From an uncultured candidate division Zixibacteria bacterium (GTDB taxonomy: Bacteria; Zixibacteria; MSB-5A5; UBA10806), in assembly GCA_963801605.1 (NCBI GenBank), contig CAWDFP010000006.1, positions 1,120,001 through 1,184,000 of the forward strand: DNA of 64,000 nt, read 5' to 3'. The notes beneath the pieces are model-generated. The model was given only the letters and a program-made list of their open reading frames with translations, was not told the DNA's origin and searched no databases. Both the position numbers and the translations under genes were made by a program. The number at the start of each line of letters is the position of its first letter. Positions within the stretch are counted from its first letter, which is position 1. Of this stretch, positions 10,104 to 18,885 are shown in pieces.

Positions 10104-10187
10104 TTAGCGCGCGCGCTTGGTGGTCTTGCGGGTGGTAGCCTTCTTGTAATTTCTGGTCTTACGAGGCTTTACGGTCTTACGAGTCAT
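10104..10187 (-). CDS. 27-aa Lys/Arg/Thr-rich basic microprotein MTRKTVKPRKTRNYKKATTRKTTKRAR
   Basis: Strong AAAAGGAGG RBS just before the ATG; terminator directly downstream; GC-richer than the AT-rich flanks. Confidence 0.75.
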   Translation of the reverse strand: MTRKTVKPRKTRNYKKATTRKTTKRAR

Positions 10188-10418
10188 GTTTCCTCCTTTT
10201 AATGGAACATTAATCCTATCGGAATTATAAGATAAAGACTGATAGGCAAGTGCCAAACTATATGGAATATTGTTCAATTTCGAAACATCAAATTTTACGG
10301 GGCGATTACCACATGGAAACCAATATCGATCTATTGAATTAGCGGAAAAATGCTATTATGAATTATCCGGGAGCATCGCGCTTGACAATTCATTCAAAAT
10401 CAATTTTTATAGTGCATA

Positions 10419-12167
10419 ATGAAAAAGAACGATAGATCTATTCTCTGGCTTCTCAAACCATATATTCTGAAATATAAAAAATTATGGATATTCGGTTTTA
10501 TTGCAGTAGCACTGACCGATATTTTCATGTTAGCCTATCCCTGGTTGCTAAAAAGAGCCATAGACTCGCTACAGAAAAATGCTACTCCTAAACAGATAGC
10601 GCTTGATGCGGCATCCATATTGGGGGTGATATTCATATCATCCATTTTCCGCTATTTTATGCGTCAAACCTTAATTGTAGCTTCGCGACGAATTGAATAT
10701 GATTTCAGGAACGATTTTTTCTCTCATCTTTTAATTTTGGACCGCCCCTATTACAATAAGAGGCCCACCGGCGATATCATGGCTCGTGCTACCAGTGATT
10801 TGGATGCTGTCAGGAATATGCTAGGCCCCGGCGTTATGAATTTTGTCTCGACCGCAATTATCTTAGCTATGGCGCTGCCAATGATGATCTCAATCAGCCC
10901 CAAACTTACTCTGCTTTCGATGGCCCCTATGCCGCTTATAAGCATAATAGTGCTCTTTTTGGGGCATGAGGTTCACAAACGCTATACCAAAATCCAGGAA
11001 CAATATTCGGCGATTACGGCGCGTGCTCAGGAGAATTTTTCCGGTATTCGGGTAGTCAAAGCGTATGTGCAGGAGCAAGCCGAAATCGATGATTTTTCCG
11101 AATTGAATAATACTTACGTTAAGCGCAATATGTCGATGATCGTAATTTGGGGCATTCTGTTTCCCGCGGTGGCGCTTTTCGGCGGAGTGGCCTTGGTCAT
11201 GGTGATCTGGTTTGGAGGAAAAGCCGTCGCGGCAGGCACTATGACATTAGGTTCATTTGTGGCGTTTATCGCATACCTGATAAGTTTAATTTGGCCAATG
11301 GTTGCTGTTGGCTGGGTGGTTGGCTTATATCAGCGTGGCAAAGCCTCTCTTGTACGAATAAAGGAGATACTGGATGCCAGGCCGGTCGTGGTTGATAGTC
11401 CCAATGCTGTTTCGCGTCCAATAGCGGGGAAAATAGCATTTCGCAACCTAATATTTGGATACGATTCCAAGGATATTCTCAAAGGGATCGATCTCAAAAT
11501 CGAACCCGGTACAAATATGGCGATTATCGGAGGAACGGGATGCGGTAAATCAACTCTGGTTTCGCTTCTTATCCGGGCTTATCCGGTGGAGCGAGGAATG
11601 ATATTTATCGATGATATTGATATTAACGATTATGCTTTGCAATCGCTCCGGTCTCAGGTTGTGCCCGTCATGCAAGAGACATTTCTATTCTCAGAAACTA
11701 TTCGAAGCAATATCGCTTTTGGGGATTATGATCAGAATTTCGAGGCGATCTCACAGTCTGCGATGATTGCCGGACTGGCAACTGAGATCGATGAGTTTCC
11801 ATCCAAATACGACACCATTCTGGGTGAACGGGGAATAACACTTTCCGGAGGGCAGAAACAGCGAGCGGCATTAGCTCGGGCTTTGGCCGCCGATCCGCGG
11901 GTTCTAATTCTGGATGATGCCTTTTCATCGGTTGATACGCGTACCGAGGAGGATATTCTAGCCAACCTCCGGCAAATTCTGAAAGGCCGGACCAGCATCA
12001 TGATTTCGCATCGCATTTCGACTGTTAAGAGCGCTGATTTGATTCTGGTTATGCATGATGGTAAAATCGTTGAGCGCGGGCGGCACAACGAGCTCCTGGT
12101 GCTTGGAGGACGATATGCCGAACTGTATGAACGTCAATTACTCAAGGATGAGTTGGAGGCGCTATGA
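10419..12167 (+). CDS. ABC exporter, fused permease/ATP-binding (MdlA/MsbA-like)
   Basis: N-terminal TM domain, GGTGCGKS Walker A, LSGGQKQR, ILDD, SHR. Confidence 0.93.
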   Translation: MKKNDRSILWLLKPYILKYKKLWIFGFIAVALTDIFMLAYPWLLKRAIDSLQKNATPKQIALDAASILGVIFISSIFRYFMRQTLIVASRRIEYDFRNDFFSHLLILDRPYYNKRPTGDIMARATSDLDAVRNMLGPGVMNFVSTAIILAMALPMMISISPKLTLLSMAPMPLISIIVLFLGHEVHKRYTKIQEQYSAITARAQENFSGIRVVKAYVQEQAEIDDFSELNNTYVKRNMSMIVIWGILFPAVALFGGVALVMVIWFGGKAVAAGTMTLGSFVAFIAYLISLIWPMVAVGWVVGLYQRGKASLVRIKEILDARPVVVDSPNAVSRPIAGKIAFRNLIFGYDSKDILKGIDLKIEPGTNMAIIGGTGCGKSTLVSLLIRAYPVERGMIFIDDIDINDYALQSLRSQVVPVMQETFLFSETIRSNIAFGDYDQNFEAISQSAMIAGLATEIDEFPSKYDTILGERGITLSGGQKQRAALARALAADPRVLILDDAFSSVDTRTEEDILANLRQILKGRTSIMISHRISTVKSADLILVMHDGKIVERGRHNELLVLGGRYAELYERQLLKDELEAL

Positions 12168-12715
12168 GTTTCTTAAAGGATCAAGTTCCCGCCATGGAAA
12201 AGCGGTTCGGTGTGCCGGATATTTTGACAAGAGTCCAGCCCGTTTCTCCTACTGATTTCGGATATATTAAATCCACCATGATCGATGGTAGGGCGCACGA
12301 TATCACTTTTTTTATTTCCAAGGATGATGGCTTTATCTTTATCGCCAAACCGTTTTATCCACCGGGGCTTTTTCGGGCGCCATCGGGCGGAGTACATCCT
12401 GGTGAGGATTTCGAGGTTGGGGCCAAACGCGAGGCACGCGAGGAAACTGGCGTCGAGATAGAGCTCGAAAAATATATCCTCCGCATCGATGTTAGTTTTC
12501 AATCTCCGAACGATACGCTGGAATGGACATCGCATATTTTCAAGGCGCATTATCTGAGCGGCGAGATTGAGCCGATCGATCGACACGAGATCAGCGCCGC
12601 CCGCCTGATTCATCTTGACGAAATCCCAACATTCAACGAAATCATGCTGGCCACCGGCCGGGGCGGCTTTGCCTACCGGGCGTTCCTGACTGACGAGTCG
12701 CTCAAGCGGTTGTAA
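12164..12715 (+). CDS. NUDIX hydrolase
   Basis: Nudix box GGVHPGEDFEVGAKREAREETG. Confidence 0.9.
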   Translation: MSFLKDQVPAMEKRFGVPDILTRVQPVSPTDFGYIKSTMIDGRAHDITFFISKDDGFIFIAKPFYPPGLFRAPSGGVHPGEDFEVGAKREAREETGVEIELEKYILRIDVSFQSPNDTLEWTSHIFKAHYLSGEIEPIDRHEISAARLIHLDEIPTFNEIMLATGRGGFAYRAFLTDESLKRL

Positions 12716-12720
12716 GCCTG

Positions 12721-12903
12721 GCCCGCGGGTTCCGCTCTCGCGACTTCGTCGCGAGGAGAAATCCGATTGCCCCGTGATGTCCGGCAGTAGCCGAACATCG
12801 CGGGTTATGCCTTGAGGATTAATCCTCAAGGCTTGGGCACAAGGTGCCGCAATCGGATTTCAGCATTCGGTCCCAATGGGATCGAAAGGCGGAACCCACG
12901 GGC
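12721..12903. repeat. Four-way-junction structured repeat, copy B
   Basis: Outer stem GCCCGCGGGTTCCGC/GCGGAACCCACGGGC; left hairpin; central GAAATCCGATTGC/GCAATCGGATTTC enclosing two more hairpins; right hairpin TTCGGTCCCA-A-TGGGATCGAA. Confidence 0.88.
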
Positions 12904-12925
12904 TTCTAAATCATCTATTGTGATT

Positions 12926-13798
12926 TTATTGAGATTTGTCTATCGGAAACAGCTTGGCCAGCCGCACAGGGCAGTTCTCGGAGTCATCGACGCCGCGCAG
13001 ACAGTAGAAGCGACGGTATATAGCTGGCTGTTGACGGCGGTTATCGGTGATATCGACCAGAGAAATGTAGGAGCATCCCTGGCAGGGCTCGACCGGCCCA
13101 ATAATAATTTTGCCCGTCGCTCTGCCTACAAGCGCACGGGAGACATTGAGATTCGATTTGCCGCCGTTGTGAGTGATTTCGAATTGTTTGGGCTTGCGCA
13201 GAATAATTCGTCCGCGCGATTCGGTGAAATAGGCTTTGCATTCGAGATGATTCCCCGGAGCAATCGCCAGCCGTTCTAATTGATTGCCGGAGAGCTTGAG
13301 ATAGAGACGGTCGTCAAAGAGGTCGCGGTCGATATGGCCGCTGTCGAATGTTACATAGAAACCATCCATCTCAACCGCTCTGGTATTGGGATCGATATGC
13401 ATCTCCAAGTGTGGCGTAACCGAATCGACCTCGCCGGCGAATTCGATCAGACGGCCATCCATCGATTCCAGCCAGCCCTGGTATTCGCGGAGCGCGTCGA
13501 TGAATTCGGCCTGCTCGGCCTCGTCAAGTGTCGATTCGGCTAAATAGTTTTCCTTGATTTCGTGGTATTGTTTGCAGGAGAAACAGCCTCGGCCCACATG
13601 CTTGAAACCGCGCGGGCAGGCCTGGCCTTTCTCGAACGTGTGGCAGCGCCAGAGAAATTCGACACATCCTTTGCCGTGGCAGCGTTTGACACAGAATATA
13701 TGGTATGGTGAAACCTCGTAGCCGAACTGCTTGTGGGCGGGGTGATGGCAGCTAAACAGCCCAACCGCCTTATACAAATTGCGGATTACCTGCGCCAT
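12926..13798 (-). CDS. Cys/His-rich hypothetical protein (probable metal-binding)
   Basis: Long ORF with C-x-H-x2-H, C-x3-C-x4-C and two CxxC clusters; probable start ATG 13798 (MAQVIRN). Confidence 0.7.
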   Translation of the reverse strand: MAQVIRNLYKAVGLFSCHHPAHKQFGYEVSPYHIFCVKRCHGKGCVEFLWRCHTFEKGQACPRGFKHVGRGCFSCKQYHEIKENYLAESTLDEAEQAEFIDALREYQGWLESMDGRLIEFAGEVDSVTPHLEMHIDPNTRAVEMDGFYVTFDSGHIDRDLFDDRLYLKLSGNQLERLAIAPGNHLECKAYFTESRGRIILRKPKQFEITHNGGKSNLNVSRALVGRATGKIIIGPVEPCQGCSYISLVDITDNRRQQPAIYRRFYCLRGVDDSENCPVRLAKLFPIDKSQ

Positions 13799-13846
13799 GA
13801 CGGGAATATAACAATTATTAGCAAAAAATCCAAACAGCATAAAGTT

Positions 13847-13879
13847 GCGGCAGGTCGTAGGCTTCCGTGACCTGACGCA
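13847..13879. repeat. REP-like short palindrome
   Basis: GCGGCAGGTC...GACCTGACGC imperfect hairpin related to 5866 and 14806. Confidence 0.5.
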
Positions 13880-13988
13880 TAGGATATGTTAGGGGAGAGG
13901 GCGCCGAAAGGGAGAAGTTTGATTGTCCCCAGTTATGCGGATGTAAATTGGTGACGGTTAATTCAATTGACATACTAACGATGTCAAA

Positions 13989-14681
13989 TTATTGAAATAA
14001 GGTATCAGGCAAGCATTGGTATTTATTAAGATCAAATTGAGTAAGGAATTTGAGTTGAATTGCTTTGACAAATTCATTTGTAATGTTAGTAAATAATTCC
14101 TCTGGATTAATCTTAATATTGGCGTCATCGAATATATTTAGGATTCTAAGCAATAGCATCGTTGAATTCGTTACAAACAAATCATCATCCTTAATATTAT
14201 CCGGTATCGATTCTCCTCGAATATAATTGGCGATTCCACGTTGCGCTATATTCTTATATTCATTTGTAGTAGTACAACCAATAAGGCCAGATATATTTTT
14301 ATTTGATTGGAACAGGTTGTTTAGTGCAATATCTGTCTCTGCTTCCACATGGGGATATAACTTTGCAATCTTTTGTGTTGCCTCAGGAAATCTATTTAAT
14401 AGGATTATCTGCCAAATACAATCATAATATATTCTTTCTTCCATGAATAATTTGCCTGTATAAGCTGCAATCCTCGGGGAGACATGAAGTATATTCGCTG
14501 TGCTAATTACTGAATTTGTTAAAGTAAAACTAACCAATAATCCGGGTGCATCAGGATTATTGAGAAAATTAGCACCAGCTGACATGTAATACTCTAACAT
14601 GTTTTGTAGCCAATCAGATATGATTAAGGCATCAATGGAGCTGTCGGGGCGCTTATTACGAAATTTATTGAATAAATTCAT
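13989..14681 (-). CDS. AT-rich hypothetical protein
   Basis: 230-aa ORF, markedly AT-richer than its neighbours; no recognised motif. Confidence 0.6.
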   Translation of the reverse strand: MNLFNKFRNKRPDSSIDALIISDWLQNMLEYYMSAGANFLNNPDAPGLLVSFTLTNSVISTANILHVSPRIAAYTGKLFMEERIYYDCIWQIILLNRFPEATQKIAKLYPHVEAETDIALNNLFQSNKNISGLIGCTTTNEYKNIAQRGIANYIRGESIPDNIKDDDLFVTNSTMLLLRILNIFDDANIKINPEELFTNITNEFVKAIQLKFLTQFDLNKYQCLPDTLFQ

Positions 14682-14805
14682 ACATATATTATAGGTAGAT
14701 TAATACATTTGATCAATGGATAATTATAATAAATATTCGGGATGTCGCATCTAAGTTACATGAGCGTCAACCAATTTCGGCTACCCGTTCGAGTACAATT
14801 AAAAC

Positions 14806-14831
14806 CGCAGGTCCCAGGGGACCTGCGCTAC
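14806..14831 (-). repeat. GTAG-type REP-like element
   Basis: Minus strand reads GTAG-CGCAGGTCCC-CT-GGGACCTGCG: GTAG tetranucleotide followed by a perfect 10-bp stem. Confidence 0.6.
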
Positions 14832-14886
14832 AATCTACAATTTGTATTTTATATGGGCGCCTTCATTGTGCCCATCTATTTATAAA

Positions 14887-16691
14887 TTATGATTTTCCCA
14901 CCTGCAAAATCGCAAAAAACGCTTCTTGCGGGATTTCCACCTGGCCGACCTGCTTCATCCGCTTCTTGCCCTCTTTCTGACGTTCGAGGAGCTTGCGTTT
15001 GCGGGTGATATCGCCGCCGTAACATTTGGCGGTCACGTTCTTGCGCAGCGGCTTGACCGATTCGCGGGCAATAATGCGGTTGCCAATCGCGGCCTGAATG
15101 ACGACCTCGAACATTTGCCGAGGAATCAGCTTGCGAAGCTTCTGGCAAAGCTCCCGTCCCCACTCGTACGCCTTTTCGGTGATGCAGGATATAGGAAAGC
15201 GCGTCAACCGGATCGTCATTAAGCAGGATATCGAGCTTAACAAGTTTCGAGATGCGGTAATCCAAAAACTCGTAATCGAGCGACGCGTAACCGCGCGAGA
15301 CCGATTTCATCTTGTCGAAGAAATCGAAAATGATCTCCGAGAGCGGTATCTCGTAATGCAGGCTGGCGCGCTGAGCGTCGATATACTCGGTGTTGCGATA
15401 GACCCCGCGACGGTCCAGGCAGAGCTTCATGAGATTGCCGATATACTCCGATGGCGTCACAATCGAGGCCTTCACAAACGGCTCCTCGACGCTCTCAATT
15501 CTGGATACATCTGGCATCAGCGACGGGTTATCCACTAAAAGCTGCTCGCCGTCGGTGGTATTGATATGATATTCCACCGTCGGAACGGTATTGATAATGC
15601 TAAGCTCGTATTCGCGCTGCAGACGTTCCTGGACAATCTCCATGTGGAGCAATCCCAGAAAGCCGCAGCGGAAACCGAAACCAAGCGCGTTCGATGTCTC
15701 CGGCTCGAATACCAGCGCCGAATCGTTCATCTGAAGTTTTTCGATTGCCGTTCGCAGGTCCTCGAAATTCTCGCTGTCGGTGGGATAAAGTCCGGCAAAC
15801 ACCATCGGCTTGGCCTTGCGGAAACCCGGCAGCGGATATCGAGGCCGGTTTCTCGCGGGTGGTGATCGTATCGCCCACCTGCGTATCGCGCACATTGCGG
15901 ATATTGCCGATTATATACCCCACCTCGCCTGCGGTTAGTTGCTCCAGCGGGAAATACTTAAGCTTGAGATACCCCACTTCATCGATTTGATATTCTCTGT
16001 CATGCGCAAACAGACGCATCCAATCGTTCTTGTGGAAGGTGCCATCGAACACCCGCACATAAGCTACCGCGCCGCGATACGTATCAAACGCCGAATCGAA
16101 AATCAGCGCCCGCGGCGGTGCATCGAGATCGCCGACCGGAGCCGGTATCTCTTTGACTATCGCCTCCAATAGTTCACTGATACCAACACCCGCCTTAGCC
16201 GATACGCGGTGCACTTCCTTGCTTTCCACTCCCAGCAAGTTGGCGAGGTCATCGACAACGCGATCAGTCTCTGCCGATGGCAGATCGATTTTATTGACCA
16301 CCGGAATAATATGCAGTTCGGCTTCCATTGCGAGATAAAGATTGGAAATAGTCTGAGCCTCGATTCCCTGGGAGGCATCAACGACTAACAAGGCCCCTTC
16401 GCAGGCAAACAGCGAACGCGAGACCTCATACGTGAAATCGACATGCCCCGGCGTATCGATCAGGTTCAGGACGTACTCCTGGCCATCGGAGGCGATATAG
16501 TTCATCTTAATAGCATGGGATTTGATGGTAATGCCGCGCTCGCGCTCCAGATCCATCGAATCGAGGATCTGCATTTTCATCTCGCGATGCGAAATGGTAT
16601 GCGTCTCCTCCAGCAGCCTGTCGGCAAGTGTCGATTTCCCATGATCGATATGGGCGATAATGCAAAAATTCCTGATATGACTAACTTCCAT
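14887..16691 (-). CDS. lepA: translation elongation factor 4 (LepA), split by two +1 frameshifts (~15837, ~15181)
   Basis: [40 protein letters not shown] and [20 protein letters not shown] spread over three frames. Confidence 0.95.
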
Positions 16692-16766
16692 AGCTCGTTA
16701 ATTTAAGCAAATCGAGGTGAAAAACAAGGCTTATATGGTTTCTAGCCAACGGCTTGAAATCTTGAT

Positions 16767-17429
16767 TTACTTAATCCGTCTATTTTGGGGAAGAAGAAAG
16801 CCCATCTTTTTGGCTTTCTCCAACGGATAGATATTATCCCTGATCCACCTTATGCCCTGCGAAACATGAGGATTATCCAGTATAAAAAATCGCCAGAGCT
16901 GTTCGCTTCCGCCTGCACCAATCCCTATTCGCGGTGAGGCGCCTATCTTCGGCTTTCTCTCCGGCGGCCCAACTATATAAATATGCGATCCCGTTAAATC
17001 AGTCCCATTATCTTTACCTTCAACTCCTAAAGCTTTGGCCAGCTTTCCCGGCCCGGATGAGATATTAGCAATATCATCCGTTCCTCGCCGCGCCGCCATT
17101 GTATCGATATTGCTGTTCGGCTCTATACCCCGAAGCAGAACCGCCGCCGGATAGCCGTCATCCTCGGTAACTACATTAAGCATAAAATGATTTCCGTAGG
17201 TGAAATAGACATAGAGAAATCCCGGCTTGCCATACATAACTTCATTGCGCCGGGTGCGTCCCTTGAAGGCGTGACAGGCGGGATCATCCGGTCCGCAATA
17301 AGCTTCTGTCTCAACGATTACGCCGCCGGTTTTAATACCGTCAGTGTTGCACACAATCTGACAGCCCAGCAGAGCGAGCGCCACCTCAATCGTATTTCGA
17401 TTATAAAACGATCTTGAAAGCTTTTTCAT
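16767..17429 (-). CDS. mpg: DNA-3-methyladenine glycosylase (MPG/AAG family)
   Basis: IVETEAY, YVYFTYG, AVLLRG-EP, GPGKL, PRIGI. Confidence 0.92.
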   Translation of the reverse strand: MKKLSRSFYNRNTIEVALALLGCQIVCNTDGIKTGGVIVETEAYCGPDDPACHAFKGRTRRNEVMYGKPGFLYVYFTYGNHFMLNVVTEDDGYPAAVLLRGIEPNSNIDTMAARRGTDDIANISSGPGKLAKALGVEGKDNGTDLTGSHIYIVGPPERKPKIGASPRIGIGAGGSEQLWRFFILDNPHVSQGIRWIRDNIYPLEKAKKMGFLLPQNRRIK

Positions 17430-18256
17430 TTCTCTTTTGGAAATTGTGCTGTAACGCCATGCTTCTCAAGCAGGGTATTAGCGGCCTTGATTCCCCCGCC
17501 AAGCTGTGACGGTTTATGCGAATCGGAACCAACCGATACTATCTTCACTCCCGCCGCTATAGCGCGCTCTATTATCGATGGTTTAGGATGAAACGTTTCC
17601 ACTCCGTAACGAAATGGTGATGTATTTATCTCAATTCCCTTATTGTTTTTGATGATTGTCTGAAACACGTCATCATATCTCTCTGGCTCAATTCTATCGA
17701 TCTGATCGCCGTAGTAATCCCGCGCATAACGCACATAATAATCAAGATGCGCCAGGCAATCGAAACCCGGAACTTGCGCCGATTTTATGAGCAGTTCGAA
17801 ATAATCGTTGGCCATCTGATCGAGCGTTTTTCTTTCAAAGTACGATGGCGCCTCATTTTTCTCCGAAATAGAAACATTATCCAAACAATGCACCGAGCCA
17901 ATCACAAAATCCAACGGGAAAAGCCTCCTGACTCGCTCAACTTCCTTGTCTACGCCATCGAAATAATCAAATTCTAATCCGCGGTAAATTTTAAGGCCAA
18001 ATTGCGAGTAATACTCTCTGGCTTGCTCGATCTCATTGAAATATCTTTCAAGAAGCTCATCGCTAACCCTGACCCGTTTCCCGTCTACGCGCCAATAGGC
18101 ATCCTTCTCAATTCGCAATGGATTCAGATCATAGTGCGATGTAAAGCAGATATGCCCGATATTAATTTCCAGCGCCCGGTCGCAGTACTGACGGATCGTG
18201 CCGGCGGCATCGAGCGAATAGCCAGGATGAATATGAAAATCCGATAACTTTGTCAT
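17426..18256 (-). CDS. PHP-family histidinol-phosphatase (HisJ/HisK-like)
   Basis: DFHIH, GLEFDY, DFVIGSVH, LAHLD, EINTS, GSDSH. Confidence 0.85.
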   Translation of the reverse strand: MTKLSDFHIHPGYSLDAAGTIRQYCDRALEINIGHICFTSHYDLNPLRIEKDAYWRVDGKRVRVSDELLERYFNEIEQAREYYSQFGLKIYRGLEFDYFDGVDKEVERVRRLFPLDFVIGSVHCLDNVSISEKNEAPSYFERKTLDQMANDYFELLIKSAQVPGFDCLAHLDYYVRYARDYYGDQIDRIEPERYDDVFQTIIKNNKGIEINTSPFRYGVETFHPKPSIIERAIAAGVKIVSVGSDSHKPSQLGGGIKAANTLLEKHGVTAQFPKEK

Positions 18257-18885
18257 GATAAAAAGGGATTGTAATCCCTTTCCTGCTCGATAGTCGTATC
18301 CGGGCCATGACCAGAATAAACTATTGTATCCTCAGGAAGCGTCAGAAGCTTTTTATGAATCGATTCCAAGAGTGTCTCATGCGATGAGCCCGGAAAATCA
18401 GTGCGCCCGATCGATCCTAAGAAAAGAGCATCGCCGGTAAAGACAACTCCATGACCATAAAGCGAGATTGAGCCAGGCGAATGTCCCGGTGTTTCGAAAA
18501 CCTTAAATTGCAGTTCTCCGATGGAAATGATATCATCCTCATGCAGGAGCTTATCCGCCGGAAGAGCCTTAAATTGTTCGCCTAACGATGCCGAAAGATT
18601 GGCATTAGGATCGATAAGCATTACGGCATCTTTTTCTCCAATCATTACACTGGCGCCAAAATGCCGACGGATTTCATCTAACGCCATAATATGATCGGCG
18701 TGGCCATGCGTAATAATGATATTTTCAATTTTCAGATCATGCTGTTGGACATGTGAAATTATCGTCTCTGCATCCCAACCCGGATCGATTATAATTCCCT
18801 TTTTCGATTTTGGGTCCCCCACGATATAACAGTTAACGAAAAACGGTCCAACTTCCAGAATGTCGATAATCGGTTCATTACTCAT
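18253..18885 (-). CDS. MBL-fold metallo-hydrolase (glyoxalase II/YcbL-like)
   Basis: THGHADH, TPGHSPG, GDALF-GSIGRTD, GHG. Confidence 0.92.
   Translation of the reverse strand: MSNEPIIDILEVGPFFVNCYIVGDPKSKKGIIIDPGWDAETIISHVQQHDLKIENIIITHGHADHIMALDEIRRHFGASVMIGEKDAVMLIDPNANLSASLGEQFKALPADKLLHEDDIISIGELQFKVFETPGHSPGSISLYGHGVVFTGDALFLGSIGRTDFPGSSHETLLESIHKKLLTLPEDTIVYSGHGPDTTIEQERDYNPFLS

Noticed and set aside
10232..10256. AAGTGCCAA resembling a CIRCE half-site, or TTGGCAC as a sigma54 -24 box
   Set aside because: No matching second CIRCE arm and no GC at the -12 position.
12812..13543. Plus-strand ORFs 12812..13279 and 13280..13543 and similar long antisense ORFs (e.g. 39554..40378, 27552..28241)
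   Set aside because: They overlap better-supported genes on the opposite strand and show no recognisable motifs or RBS.
14887..16691. lepA as a pseudogene or programmed frameshift
   Set aside because: Two isolated +1 indels without slippery motifs or other decay; sequencing error is more parsimonious.
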